Positions 52,800 to 62,818 of a stretch of DNA of 64,000 nt are shown here, one piece after another. Source of the DNA: Candidatus Eiseniibacteriota bacterium (lineage in GTDB: Bacteria > Eisenbacteria > RBG-16-71-46 > CAVPCR01); NCBI GenBank assembly GCA_963823555.1, contig CAWGMA010000004.1, positions 96,001-160,000 of the forward strand, read 5' to 3'. The notes under the pieces were generated by a model. It was not told the origin of the DNA. It saw only the letters and a list, made by a program, of their open reading frames with translations, and searched no databases. The translations under genes and the position numbers were made by a program. Positions within the stretch are counted from its first letter, which is position 1. Each line of letters starts with the position of its first letter.

Positions 52800-54278
52800 A
52801 TGTCGTATCCCGCGCGTCTCAAGCAGTGCGATGTCGGCGCCGCCCCGATGTGGGGATGGGTCGTCCTCGCTCTCGCCACGCTCCGGATGCTGGCGCCGTC
52901 TCCGTCTGGAGCCGCCGATTCCCCATCACCTCCCTCGGTGCTGTCTGAAGAGCTTCCGATCCTCACTCTTCATGATCTCCTGCTGCGTGCCGAGGATCAT
53001 CTCGTCGATGTGAGGCGCGTCGACCTCCGCCGGGAGGAAGCACAGGCTGAGCTCGATCACCTGCGGGCGAGCCGGCTCCTCCAGGTCGAAGTCGAAGGCA
53101 ACTATCGTGAAGAGGACCTCGACCGCACCGAGATCAACGGCGACAACCTCAAGAAGGGGAATCAGCAGGACGTCCGCCGCCAGCTGACCTTCTCGATCAC
53201 TCATCCGATTCTCGGGCAATCGGTCGAGGACCGCCTGCTCATGGCCAATCAGCAGGTCCGCCTGATCGAGCTCAGCGAGAGCGCTGCTCTCGCCCGACGG
53301 GAGGCGACCGTCGAGCTGATCGGGGCCTACGTCGACCTGGCGGCCGAGCAGAGGTACGAGCCGCTGCACGAGCGGGCAGTGGAGCTGGCCACCACCAAGG
53401 TGCGGATCCTCGAATCCCGCCACGCCCGCGGGGAGGTGCTCAAGCGTGATGTGCTCGCGGGCCGAGTGGGTCTTTCCACCCGGCGTGCCGCCCGGATCGA
53501 GAGCGCCCGGCGGCAGGTGGAACTGATGGGGGATCTCACCCGCATGGTGGATCTGGAGAGCGTGGCCGCGTTTCGGGCGAGCGAACTCGGTTGGAGCAAC
53601 ATGCTGCCGGCAGCTGCAGGCGTTCCCCGAACCGCCGCGGAGCCGCCCGTGGCAGCGCCGAGCGGGGGAGTGCGCTCGAGTGTCTGGTATAATCTACCTC
53701 AGCTGGATCTTCGCTTCTTCTATTCGATGGGATCGCGGGATCGGACCTTCGCCGACGAGGTGGATGAAGAGAAGGGGCATATTCCTGGCGTCGAGCTCAC
53801 GCTCGAGTTCCCGCTCGATCTCTGGCGATCCAGCAAGTCCTACGCCCGCCAGATCGAAGCACGACAGGAGAGACAGCGACTCGCCTTGCTCACCTTGCAG
53901 CGAGAAACCGCCGGGCGTGCCCGGGCGGCTGCCCTCCGGCACGAGGAGGCAGCCGCGCGCCTCGCTGTCGCGGAGGCCGATCTGGCCTTGCAGGAGGAGG
54001 ATCACCGGCTGTCCAGACTCCGGAGCGCGGAGGCGGCGCCGGGTGGCGACGACAGAGGAGACATCGCCGTCATCGATGCCGAGCTAGCCGTCATCGATGC
54101 CCGCGCCGAAGTGGCGCGGGCCCAGGGCGAGCTGGCACGTGCCTACTTCGACCGGGCGATGATCGAGGGTGTCGATCCTATCGAGCTCGCCGCCAACGTG
54201 TCGCCCGGTTCCGTGACGGAGCGGACGGCGGAGGCGGATCTCGGTCCTGAACCGCCGCCGGGCTCCAGTTCCAACTAA
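52800..54278 (+). CDS. TolC-like outer membrane efflux protein
   Basis: Two OEP-like repeats of beta-hairpin plus long helices; R...GE...DVL and LEFPL motifs. Confidence 0.72.
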   Translation: MSYPARLKQCDVGAAPMWGWVVLALATLRMLAPSPSGAADSPSPPSVLSEELPILTLHDLLLRAEDHLVDVRRVDLRREEAQAELDHLRASRLLQVEVEGNYREEDLDRTEINGDNLKKGNQQDVRRQLTFSITHPILGQSVEDRLLMANQQVRLIELSESAALARREATVELIGAYVDLAAEQRYEPLHERAVELATTKVRILESRHARGEVLKRDVLAGRVGLSTRRAARIESARRQVELMGDLTRMVDLESVAAFRASELGWSNMLPAAAGVPRTAAEPPVAAPSGGVRSSVWYNLPQLDLRFFYSMGSRDRTFADEVDEEKGHIPGVELTLEFPLDLWRSSKSYARQIEARQERQRLALLTLQRETAGRARAAALRHEEAAARLAVAEADLALQEEDHRLSRLRSAEAAPGGDDRGDIAVIDAELAVIDARAEVARAQGELARAYFDRAMIEGVDPIELAANVSPGSVTERTAEADLGPEPPPGSSSN

Positions 54279-54289
54279 TCAGGCTGCGC

Positions 54290-55474
54290 ATGAAGTTCGG
54301 AGAAGCAAATTCCGGTCCGCTCACACCCCGCCAGCGGAAGGCGTTCCGGATCGTATTCGCCGCCACCATGGTCATCGTCTTGATCTCGGCGGTGACTCAC
54401 TTCACCTATCGTGATTGGCCCGCCTTCGTCGTCGGCGATGAGCTCGAGATCTCGGCCGGGGCCGCCGGCACGATCGCGAGGATCGAGCGGCGCGAAAACG
54501 AGACCTACCAGCGTGGTGACGTGCTGGTCGTCGTCGAGAGCGAGGCGCTCCGCGTCCGGCTGGATGCCGTCGACCACGACCTCGAGGAGATCGCCCGCTC
54601 TCTGGCGGCGGAGCAGTCGGAGGTGGGCGTCGAGCGCCGGCGCTTCGAGCTCGAGACTTCGATCGCCGAAACCGCAAGCCAGCTCCGGTCGAGCCGGGCC
54701 GATCTCCAGGCGGTGGGAGAGGTGCTGCCCAGCCTGCGTGAGCTCAAGGCGCTGGCCGAGGAGCGAGCCCGCAGCGGCGAAGCGCTCCGGCGGGAGGACG
54801 CCCTCACGGCTGCCGAGCTCGAGGAGCGCCGCCGGAGCCTGTACGAAGTTGCGAATGAGCTCGCCGAGGCCGTGGCGAGGAGGGAAGGACTCGAGGCCAA
54901 GGTGGCCGAGTTCGAGCGCGTGCTCGGTCTGTACCAGAGCCGGCTGCGCGGGCTCGTGGACGAACGCACCGCCTTCATCACCGACCTCGAGCTCAGACGG
55001 CAGGAGAAGGAGGGCGAGCGGGAGAACCTCCTGGCGGCGCTGGCTGGACTTCGCGTCGTCGCCGATCACGACGGCATGGTGACGGCTGTTCTCCGCAAGG
55101 AAGGCGAATACGTGTCGAGCGGTGGTCCCCTTCTGCGTGTCATGCGCAACGAAGAGCTCTGGGTGGAGGCCTACCTGCCCGTCGCCGACAAGCTCAAGAT
55201 CCGCCCTGGCGATCGCGTGGAGGTGATCGCGCGGGCACCGGCCGGCAAGCTCGCAGGCCGTGTGCAGAAGATCCTGCCCGTGCTCAAGCCGCTCCCCGAG
55301 AACATGCAGGCGCCCCTGTCCCGCGCCGACAACTACGCCATTGTCGTCATCACGATGGAGAATCCGGCGGCGGCGAGCTCGGTTCTGAGTCCGGCCGAGC
55401 AGGTGACGGCACGCATTCGCCGGCGGCTGGTCATGCTGCGCAATGAGCCGCCGAACGCTCAGGCGCGGCCCTAG
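54290..55474 (+). CDS. HlyD family membrane fusion protein
   Basis: N-terminal TM; split lipoyl domain; long coiled coil; ADHDGMV..EGEYV and LWVEAYLP...IRPGD motifs. Confidence 0.82.
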   Translation: MKFGEANSGPLTPRQRKAFRIVFAATMVIVLISAVTHFTYRDWPAFVVGDELEISAGAAGTIARIERRENETYQRGDVLVVVESEALRVRLDAVDHDLEEIARSLAAEQSEVGVERRRFELETSIAETASQLRSSRADLQAVGEVLPSLRELKALAEERARSGEALRREDALTAAELEERRRSLYEVANELAEAVARREGLEAKVAEFERVLGLYQSRLRGLVDERTAFITDLELRRQEKEGERENLLAALAGLRVVADHDGMVTAVLRKEGEYVSSGGPLLRVMRNEELWVEAYLPVADKLKIRPGDRVEVIARAPAGKLAGRVQKILPVLKPLPENMQAPLSRADNYAIVVITMENPAAASSVLSPAEQVTARIRRRLVMLRNEPPNAQARP

Positions 55475-55510
55475 CCGGCGCCGTTCACGGCCTGGACCTC
55501 GGTTCTCGCG

Positions 55511-56185
55511 CTAGTAGTCCCCGAATGGGTTCGTCTCCCGCCACGAGATCTGCAGCACGCTGTCGTCGACCAGATCCGCCGTCAGGTCGCTTACTTCGAG
55601 GTTGCCATTGAATCGCACCGTACCCTCGATGATGGTCTGCGGCGGTCCGATGTCACGCTGCTTGCGCTCGAGCGAGGTCAGCGAATAGCGGACCTGGGCC
55701 GAGTCGAGAATCCCCTCGAGCTTGCCGAGCGTTGTATCGGGGTCGGTGGTGACGATGCGGAACTGGGTCTCGCGCTGCGGATGGAGTAGCGCCTCGGGCA
55801 TCGCCTGCGGCAGGAGGTCGAACAGGCGCGTGATGAGGACGACGAACAGCGCGCCGATCGTTGCCATCGCCATCAGACCGGCGCCACAGGCCATGCCGAG
55901 GCCGAGCGAGATGATGAGCGTGCTGGCATCCTTGGGGTTGCGGATCGCGTATCGATAGCGGATGACCGAGGCCACGCCGATGATGGCCACCGCGCGCTCG
56001 ATCTGATCACCGATGATCATGATGAGGAGCGCGCCGGCCACCGAGAGGAAGGCGTGCGCCTGCAGGATGCTCTGCCGCTGGCGATCCATCTCCCGGCGGT
56101 AGTAGATGATGACGCCGAGGACCGCCGCCAGGAGCACCCGGCCGCCGAGACCAATCGCATGGGACAGAAGGTCAGTGAGCCACAT
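55511..56185 (-). CDS. DUF4956/MgtC-like membrane protein with a C-terminal ACT-like domain
   Basis: TM helices with GVASVIRYR..IRNPKD and LGMACGAG motifs. Confidence 0.72.
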   Translation of the reverse strand: MWLTDLLSHAIGLGGRVLLAAVLGVIIYYRREMDRQRQSILQAHAFLSVAGALLIMIIGDQIERAVAIIGVASVIRYRYAIRNPKDASTLIISLGLGMACGAGLMAMATIGALFVVLITRLFDLLPQAMPEALLHPQRETQFRIVTTDPDTTLGKLEGILDSAQVRYSLTSLERKQRDIGPPQTIIEGTVRFNGNLEVSDLTADLVDDSVLQISWRETNPFGDY

Positions 56186-56243
56186 CAATGTTCAATCGTT
56201 CTCTCGGCGTCAAGCGGACCGGACGTGTCCGCTCTCGCGGTCG

Positions 56244-57197
56244 CTAGCGTTCGGATTCGCCGCCCGAGGCGGGGCCGGTCACTGAGCGCGCGGTGAGCCG
56301 GACCGGGGGAGCTCCCTCACCAGCCACCAGGATCGGTCCTGCGCCGTCGACCCCCGGCGGGCCGAGCGCCACAATCCCCTCGGGCTGGCGGATTGCACCC
56401 AGCCCCTGGACCTCGAGCTCGACGAGGGTGCCCCCCCCGGGAGCCCAGAGGTAGATCGCGTACCCCACGTCATCTCCGGCCGCAGGCCCGGCCAGAACCA
56501 GGATACACCGGCGCCAGGGATCGTACTCGAGGGCACGAACGCCCCGGCCCCCCAGGTCCAGGGTTTCGACTCGAGGATGGATGGCGCCGGCTGGCCGATC
56601 CATCGCGAGGAGATCGTCGCAAGAGCCGAGCCAGATCACGACGGCTCTTCCCTCCTGGAGGGGCGTGCGGGCTCCGAGAACCAGCTGGTTGCCACCAGGA
56701 TACCACGCTAGCCCTTCCAGGTTGAGCGAGGTTGGGCCGCCGGTGGCCGGGGGGGTGAGGACATGGAGAAGGGCCGGCCGCAGGTCCTCCACGATGGCCG
56801 TCACCTCGGCGCCCTCGGCTCCCAGGTGGAGACGGACCAGGCGCTGGCGATCGCCGCGGAGCCTGCCCCTCTTGGTAGCCGAGTGCGAGGTGAGAAGGTA
56901 GATCGCCCCCCCGGAATCGGCGGCGGCCGCTTCGAGATCGTCGAGCCGCACGGGCAGAGCGATCCGTTCAGGCATCCGGGCGAGATCGCGATCAGCCAGG
57001 AAGACGGCATCACGGGTCTCGTCATCGACCAGAAGCAGGCGACCGTCGGGGAGGCGGGTGGCCCCGGAGATCTCGAGCGGCCAGTTCGTGACGCGGGGAT
57101 AGGAATCGGCGCCGGCCCGGGTCGCTTCTGGCGCGAACGACGTGGCCAGGATGGCGGCCAGCGTGAACTTGAGGATGAGACCGCGCACTGCGTTCAT
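56244..57197 (-). CDS. Secreted DUF3616/phytase-like beta-propeller protein
   Basis: Signal peptide; EISG, DDE, DLEA, LTSHS, NLEGLAW, GARTP, LDLGGRGVR and QPEG blade motifs. The start could be 57221. Confidence 0.7.
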   Translation of the reverse strand: MNAVRGLILKFTLAAILATSFAPEATRAGADSYPRVTNWPLEISGATRLPDGRLLLVDDETRDAVFLADRDLARMPERIALPVRLDDLEAAAADSGGAIYLLTSHSATKRGRLRGDRQRLVRLHLGAEGAEVTAIVEDLRPALLHVLTPPATGGPTSLNLEGLAWYPGGNQLVLGARTPLQEGRAVVIWLGSCDDLLAMDRPAGAIHPRVETLDLGGRGVRALEYDPWRRCILVLAGPAAGDDVGYAIYLWAPGGGTLVELEVQGLGAIRQPEGIVALGPPGVDGAGPILVAGEGAPPVRLTARSVTGPASGGESER

Positions 57198-57307
57198 GGC
57201 AAAGGGAAGAGGCGAGATCATGCCGGATCTCGCCTCTTCTTGTCGACCAGCCTGTCTGCTCGAGCAGGGGCGACCCCCTGGCGCCGCCCTGCCCACCTTC
57301 TCGGTGC

Positions 57308-57745
57308 TTAGTTGGCAGCCGGAGCCGTGTCCGCCGTGGTCAGTGCCGCATACTGCTTCTCGAAGGCATCGATCGACTCGGGCCTTTCCGAGGTCACGAA
57401 GGCCATCACCCCGTTCTTGAAGGGCACCAGCTCGACCTGGCAGTCGCCCGAGGTGGCCATCTCGCGGCAGACCCCGCAGGAGAAGCTGTCGGCACCTTCG
57501 GTGGCCTTCTGGTGCAGTGTCTTGACAACCTCCGCCTGATCCGAGGTGTAGAAGACCACGAGCGAGCCGCCCGCCGTGCGGGCAGTCTCGATCTTCATTC
57601 CTTCCGGCATGGCCGCGGCAGACTTCGTGTAGCTGCAGTGACCTGAGGCGCTCTTGCTCGAGCTCGAGCAGCCGGGACCAGCGTAGACGTTGATTGCCGA
57701 GCCGAGGAAGACGAGTGCAAGGGCCGGAACGATGAACTTGCGCAT
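57308..57745 (-). CDS. Small secreted Cys-containing hypothetical protein
   Basis: SD GGAGG; signal MRKFIVPALALVFLGSAINVYA; CGVC motif; internal repeat. Confidence 0.75.
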   Translation of the reverse strand: MRKFIVPALALVFLGSAINVYAGPGCSSSSKSASGHCSYTKSAAAMPEGMKIETARTAGGSLVVFYTSDQAEVVKTLHQKATEGADSFSCGVCREMATSGDCQVELVPFKNGVMAFVTSERPESIDAFEKQYAALTTADTAPAAN

Positions 57746-58074
57746 GCCGATTACCTCCGTGAAAGGGACGATGATGCCGGGGGGGAGGATAGCCTCGTGG
57801 CTCGTGCTGGCAGCCGTCGGTACCGGGCTTCCCCGAGCCAGCTTCGTCCATAGGATACGGCTGCTGGAAACGGGGACTGTCACCGGGCTGTGGGGTCATT
57901 GTAAAGTCCTTGTGAACTCGATCCAGGAACGCTCCGGGGGTCCGGCCCTCCCCGGGGGCCGGCAGACCCCCCCATGATAAGCTCACTTCGGCGGGCCGGA
58001 AGGCGCCCATCGCATAGGACCCGCCGCGTCGAAGATCTCCGGTCCCAGCGTACGGTTCAGGAGCACAAGCCACC

Positions 58075-59031
58075 GTGACAACTCCGGTTCAGGTCGATCT
58101 CGATCTCTTCACCGAGATCGAGAAGCTCAAGAAGAAGCAGAACGCCGTCATCCTCGCCCACTATTACCAGGAGTCCGACATCCAGGACGTCGCCGATTAC
58201 ATCGGCGACAGTCTCCAGCTCGCCCAGGAGGCGAAGAAGACGGCGGCCGACGTCATCGTCTTCGCCGGCGTGCACTTCATGGCGGAGACCGCCAAGATCC
58301 TGAACCCGGACAAACTCGTCCTCGTTCCCGATCTGGATGCCGGCTGCTCGCTCTCGGAGAGCTGTCCTCCTGACCGCTTCCGCGCCTTCATTGCCGCTCA
58401 TCCCGATCATTTCGTCATCTCGTACATCAACTGCTCGGCGGCGGTGAAGGCGCTCTCCGACGTGATCTGCACCTCATCGAACGCCGAGGCGGTGATCCGC
58501 TCGGTTCCCGCCGACAGACCCATCATCTTCGGTCCCGACCAGAATCTGGGCCGCTTCCTGGAGAAGAAGACGGGGCGGCGAATGGTCCTGTGGCCGGGCG
58601 CCTGTGTCGTACACGACATCTTCTCCGAGAAGAAGATCGTTCAGCTCAAGGTGCGACACCCGGATGCCCTCGTGGCCGCCCATCCGGAATGTACGGAGCG
58701 CGTGCTGGCCCTGGCGGACCACGTGGGGTCGACATCATCGCTTCTCAAGTTCGTGACTGAGAGCCCGCACCAGAAGTTCATCATTGCCACCGAGCCGGGG
58801 ATCATCCACCAGATGCAGAAGCGTCGCCCGGACAAGGTCTTCATTCCCGCACCACCGGATTCGGGGTGCGCGTGCAATGAATGTCCCCATATGAAGCTCA
58901 ACACCCTGGAGAAGCTCTATCTGTGCATGCGGGACCGCCGGCCGGAGGTCACGGTTGACGAAGAGGTCCGCGGCCGAGCGCTCGTTGCCATCGAGCGCAT
59001 GCTCGAGATCAGCGCCCGGGCAGCTGTCTAG
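58075..59031 (+). CDS. nadA: Quinolinate synthase
   Basis: ILAHYYQ, GDSL, GVHFMAE, AGCSL, YINCS, AHPEC and GSTS motifs. Confidence 0.96.
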   Translation: MTTPVQVDLDLFTEIEKLKKKQNAVILAHYYQESDIQDVADYIGDSLQLAQEAKKTAADVIVFAGVHFMAETAKILNPDKLVLVPDLDAGCSLSESCPPDRFRAFIAAHPDHFVISYINCSAAVKALSDVICTSSNAEAVIRSVPADRPIIFGPDQNLGRFLEKKTGRRMVLWPGACVVHDIFSEKKIVQLKVRHPDALVAAHPECTERVLALADHVGSTSSLLKFVTESPHQKFIIATEPGIIHQMQKRRPDKVFIPAPPDSGCACNECPHMKLNTLEKLYLCMRDRRPEVTVDEEVRGRALVAIERMLEISARAAV

Positions 59032-59067
59032 AACGGCGCCGGCGACTCATGAAGAGGGGAGGTCCTG

Positions 59068-59541
59068 GTGGCCGAGCGAGCCTTGAAGGATGGCATCACC
59101 GTTCGTCCTATTCGTCCCGGTGACGTCGAGGCCATGATCCAGATCGATGCCTTGATCACCGGGGAGAAGAAAGCCGGCTTCTGGCGTGGGATGCTGGGCG
59201 CCTACCTGGCGGGGGAAGGCGACGACCCGAGCGAGCTCTCGCCGGACCTCTGTCAGGTGGCGGAGATCGACGGGCATGTCGTCGGATTCATGGTCGGCGA
59301 TATCCAGTCCTACCAGTTCGGCATCCCGCGCTGCGGACGCATCGTGACGATCGGGGTGCACCCGGACTACCGCCGCCGCGATGTGGGCACGGCTCTCATC
59401 CAGTCCATGTTCGAGGTTTTCGGCAAGTTCCGCATTCCCTTCATCCAGTGCCTGGTCCGTCCCGATGATCCGCTGCGCGCGTTCTTCGTCGCCAATGGGT
59501 TCAAGGCGGTCGAGTTCTTCGCGATGGAGCGCGAGCTGTAG
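59068..59541 (+). CDS. GNAT family acetyltransferase
   Basis: IGVHPDYRRRDVGTAL acetyl-CoA motif. Confidence 0.85.
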   Translation: MAERALKDGITVRPIRPGDVEAMIQIDALITGEKKAGFWRGMLGAYLAGEGDDPSELSPDLCQVAEIDGHVVGFMVGDIQSYQFGIPRCGRIVTIGVHPDYRRRDVGTALIQSMFEVFGKFRIPFIQCLVRPDDPLRAFFVANGFKAVEFFAMEREL

Positions 59542-59559
59542 CGGCCGATCGGGTCCGGC

Positions 59560-59592
59560 CGGGTCCCGCCCCGACGGGGCGGGGGCTTCTGG
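59560..59592. terminator. GC hairpin between convergent genes
   Basis: CCCGCCCCG-A-CGGGGCGGG inverted repeat. Confidence 0.45.
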
Positions 59593-59635
59593 ATGGTCAG
59601 TCTGGCCCCGTCTGCAGCTTGCGATCGGAGTCAGA

Positions 59636-60073
59636 CTAGCGGGCGGTTTGCTGGCGGTCGCGGATGCGACCGCGAAAGACCACCTGGACCTCATCGACCT
59701 CGAAGCGCGATGGGTCGATCCGATGCTCGAGCGCAAGGACCTGCTCGGACGGAATGTCGACGATGCGGTGCGTCCGAGTGTCGAGAAAGTGCGGGTGCGC
59801 GGAGAGAAGCGGATCGTAATGAACGGCACCCTCCTCGATGGCCACCGCGCGCAGGAGCCCATTCCGCACCAGCAAGTTCAGGGTGTTGTACACCGTCGCC
59901 TTGGAGACGACGGGGAGCACCTTGGTGACGGCCTGGTAGATATCCTCGGCGTTCGGGTGCTCTCTGCTGTTGAGAACATATTCAGCGATGGCAATGCGTT
60001 GAGCGGTGAGATTGAGGCCACACTCCGCCAGGAGCCCCACGATCTCTTCGCGGTTCCGTTTGCTTGTCTTCAT
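59636..60073 (-). CDS. Fur family transcriptional regulator (Irr/PerR-like, no CxxC)
   Basis: TAQR, HPNAEDIY, SKATVYNTL and HPHF motifs; TATAAT on the minus strand at 60115-60120. Confidence 0.9.
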   Translation of the reverse strand: MKTSKRNREEIVGLLAECGLNLTAQRIAIAEYVLNSREHPNAEDIYQAVTKVLPVVSKATVYNTLNLLVRNGLLRAVAIEEGAVHYDPLLSAHPHFLDTRTHRIVDIPSEQVLALEHRIDPSRFEVDEVQVVFRGRIRDRQQTAR

Positions 60074-60148
60074 GGGCGAATCCAATCTTGGTCGGGAACA
60101 AATTCCACACGGTGATTATAGGATCCCGGTTGGCGCGAGCGGAACGAA

Positions 60149-60183
60149 ATCGGGCCCCATCCGGTGCAGGATGGGGCCCGATT
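60149..60183 (-). terminator. Strong hairpin downstream of the cyclophilin gene
   Basis: ATCGGGCCCCATCC-N6-GGATGGGGCCCGAT; followed by TTTCGTT on the minus strand. Confidence 0.6.
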
Positions 60184-60219
60184 ATCTATCATTCTCGTTT
60201 TAGATTTCCCGCCGGCCGC

Positions 60220-60861
60220 TCAACCCTCCACGCGGCGCACCGACTGGATGATGACCGGCTCGAGCGGACAGTCGCTCGAGAATGGACCCTTGGCCCCGGT
60301 CTTGACTGCCTTGATCTTGTCGACGACATCCATCCCGGCGATAACCTCGCCGAAGACCGCATAGCCATAGTCGCGGGGCGTACCGTTCTTGTGATCGAGG
60401 AACTTGTTGTCGACAACATTGATGAAGAACTGGGAGGTGGCGCTGTCCACGATATTCGTCCTGGCCATCGCCACGGTTCCCTGCTTGTTCGAGAGCCCGT
60501 TCATGGCCTCGTTCTTGATCGGTGCCCTGGTCTCCTTCTTGCTCATGTCGGTTGCGAACCCGCCACCCTGCACCATGAATCCGTCGATCACGCGGTGGAA
60601 GATCGTGCCGTCATAGAACCCTGCATCCACGTAGGCCAGGAAGTTCTCGACCGAGACCGGGGCCTTGTCCTGGAAGAGCTGGATCTTCAAGTCCCCCATG
60701 GAGGTCTTGACGAGGACGACGGGGTTGGTCCCCTCCTGCTGGCCCGCGGCCTGAGCGGTGAGAGCGGCGGGCTGTTCCTGGGCCTGGGCCATGGCGAGGG
60801 GGACCAGGATGAGGGCGAGGGCCGTGGCCAGGACGAGGCGGCGGGGCATGGACGAGAGCAT
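60220..60861 (-). CDS. ppiA: Periplasmic cyclophilin-type peptidyl-prolyl isomerase
   Basis: Signal peptide; [19 protein letters not shown] and SATSQFFIN motifs. Confidence 0.92.
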   Translation of the reverse strand: MLSSMPRRLVLATALALILVPLAMAQAQEQPAALTAQAAGQQEGTNPVVLVKTSMGDLKIQLFQDKAPVSVENFLAYVDAGFYDGTIFHRVIDGFMVQGGGFATDMSKKETRAPIKNEAMNGLSNKQGTVAMARTNIVDSATSQFFINVVDNKFLDHKNGTPRDYGYAVFGEVIAGMDVVDKIKAVKTGAKGPFSSDCPLEPVIIQSVRRVEG

Positions 60862-61222
60862 CTGGATCCTCCTAACCGATACCGGTCATGGGTTTGGCGG
60901 CTTGGCGCAGCCTCGCCGATGCCATCTCGCAGGGGCGAACTCCGTGGTTCGGAAAAGCCTACCAGGCCCATCGGCGAGAGACAATGTCACCCGCCCATGG
61001 CTCCTGCCCGTCAAGTGACGTGAGCGGGACATGTTGCGGGCCGGGTTGGCTCCTTCCCGGGCCGGGGCAGGGTGGACCGCTGGCAGGAGCGGTCACTAGC
61101 TCTTTGGTGGTACCTTGCTCCTGGTGCCAGGGTTCCGGCAGGGCCGGAGTCCTTCCCAGGCCTCGGTGCCAGCCCCGGCGGGGGCCGTTCCCCGAGGACG
61201 GCGAGCAAGTGGAGGGCCAGCA

Positions 61223-61933
61223 ATGGTCGATGAACGCGTATCCGCGCCGGCCGGGGCAGAGCGGGATGGCGGCCTTGAAGGCGAGGTCCATGTCCGGCCG
61301 GTCGTGAACCTGACCCGGGCCGAAGCGCAGGCGGTGATCGGCGTCTTCCACCAGGCCTTTCCTCCGGCCCAGCGGATCGAGGACGCGGCTCTCGTCCAGC
61401 TCCTGCCCCAACCTCATGAGGAGCCGGGTGGAATCTGCTTCCATGTCGCTGAAGGGCCGAACGGTGTCTGCGGCTTCGCCACCGGGTTCCACGTCTCGTC
61501 GATAGGACTGGCGACCATCGCGTATCTAGCCGTGGAGGAGTCATGGCGTGGCCGCGGCGTGGGGACGGCTCTGTTCAATTCGCTCGTTGATCGCTGGGGC
61601 AGCGCTCGCCCGCGGTCGCCCCACTGGATCCTCCTCGAGGTGGACCGTCCGGAACTGGCACGGAGCAAGGCCGAACGCCAGCTCAGCGAGCGCCGCATTG
61701 GCTTCTACGAGCGCCTCGGCTGCCGGCGGATCGAGGCCGACTTCCAGGCGCCTCCGCTCGGTCCGGAACTGCCCGTCGTGCCCTACTGGATCTATGCCCT
61801 GCCGATGCGCGAGCCGGATTTCCGCCCCTTGGCGCTCAGGAACGCGATCTCCGATCTGTATCGCGAGGTCTATGGCCTGCTGGAGGATCACGCGCTCGTC
61901 CGCCACTGTCTCGACAGCATGGTGCAGGAATGA
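61223..61933 (+). CDS. GNAT family acetyltransferase
   Basis: YLAVEESWRGRGVGTAL and RRIGFYERLG motifs; SD GGAGG. Confidence 0.85.
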   Translation: MVDERVSAPAGAERDGGLEGEVHVRPVVNLTRAEAQAVIGVFHQAFPPAQRIEDAALVQLLPQPHEEPGGICFHVAEGPNGVCGFATGFHVSSIGLATIAYLAVEESWRGRGVGTALFNSLVDRWGSARPRSPHWILLEVDRPELARSKAERQLSERRIGFYERLGCRRIEADFQAPPLGPELPVVPYWIYALPMREPDFRPLALRNAISDLYREVYGLLEDHALVRHCLDSMVQE

Positions 61934-61954
61934 TGAGGATCGGATTCCCCCGAC

Positions 61955-62818
61955 TCACCGGCCCCGGACATGGCGCGGATCGAGGGCTTCCCGCAATCCG
62001 TCGCCGACGAAGTTCAGGCTGAGGAGGGTGAGGGCGAGCGCCGTTCCGGGGAACACCACGAGCCACCAGTTCGTGCGCACGATCGAGATCGCCTGAGCGC
62101 CCTCCGCAGCCAGGAGCCCCCAGCTGGTTCTTGGCGGCGACACCCCGAGGCCGAGGAAACTCAAGAAGGCCTCCTCGAGGATGACCGTGGGCACGGTCAG
62201 CGTGGCGTACACGATGATCGGCCCGGCGATGTTGGGCAGGATATGGCGGAAGATGATTCGCCGGTCCGAGGCGCCCAGGGCTCGCGCCGCCTCGACGAAG
62301 GGCTGAGCTTTCAAGCTCAGGACCTGTCCCCGCACGATCCGGCTCATGGTGAGCCATTGCACGGCGCCCAGTGCCACGAAGAGCAGGATGAGAGAGCGCC
62401 CGAAGTAGGCGACGAGCAGGATGACGAAGAACATGAAGGGCAACGTGTAGAGCAGATCCACGAAACGCATCATCCAGTGATCGAGCCGTCCCCCGGCGTA
62501 TCCAGCGATCGCACCCCAGGTGACCCCGATCACCAGGCTCACGAGCGTCGCCACCAGACCGACCAGGAGCGAGATGCGGCCTCCATGAGCCACCCGCACC
62601 AGGAGATCGCGGCCCGCAATGTCGGTGCCGAAGGGATGCGCGATGGACGGAGGTTGGAGCTGGGAGGCGAGATCCTGGGCATCGAAGGCGTAAGGACTCA
62701 ACACCGGGACGAAGATCGTTGCCAGCACGATCGCCGCGAGCATCAAGGCGGCAGTGCGCGCCGCGCGATTGCCGTGGAACTCGGCGCCGGCATCAGCCAG
62801 GAGGCCACCGCCGCTCAT
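61955..62818 (-). CDS. oppC: Oligopeptide ABC transporter permease OppC
   Basis: HPFGTDIAGRD, FVEAARALGAS and LSFLGLG motifs. Confidence 0.92.
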   Translation of the reverse strand: MSGGGLLADAGAEFHGNRAARTAALMLAAIVLATIFVPVLSPYAFDAQDLASQLQPPSIAHPFGTDIAGRDLLVRVAHGGRISLLVGLVATLVSLVIGVTWGAIAGYAGGRLDHWMMRFVDLLYTLPFMFFVILLVAYFGRSLILLFVALGAVQWLTMSRIVRGQVLSLKAQPFVEAARALGASDRRIIFRHILPNIAGPIIVYATLTVPTVILEEAFLSFLGLGVSPPRTSWGLLAAEGAQAISIVRTNWWLVVFPGTALALTLLSLNFVGDGLREALDPRHVRGR

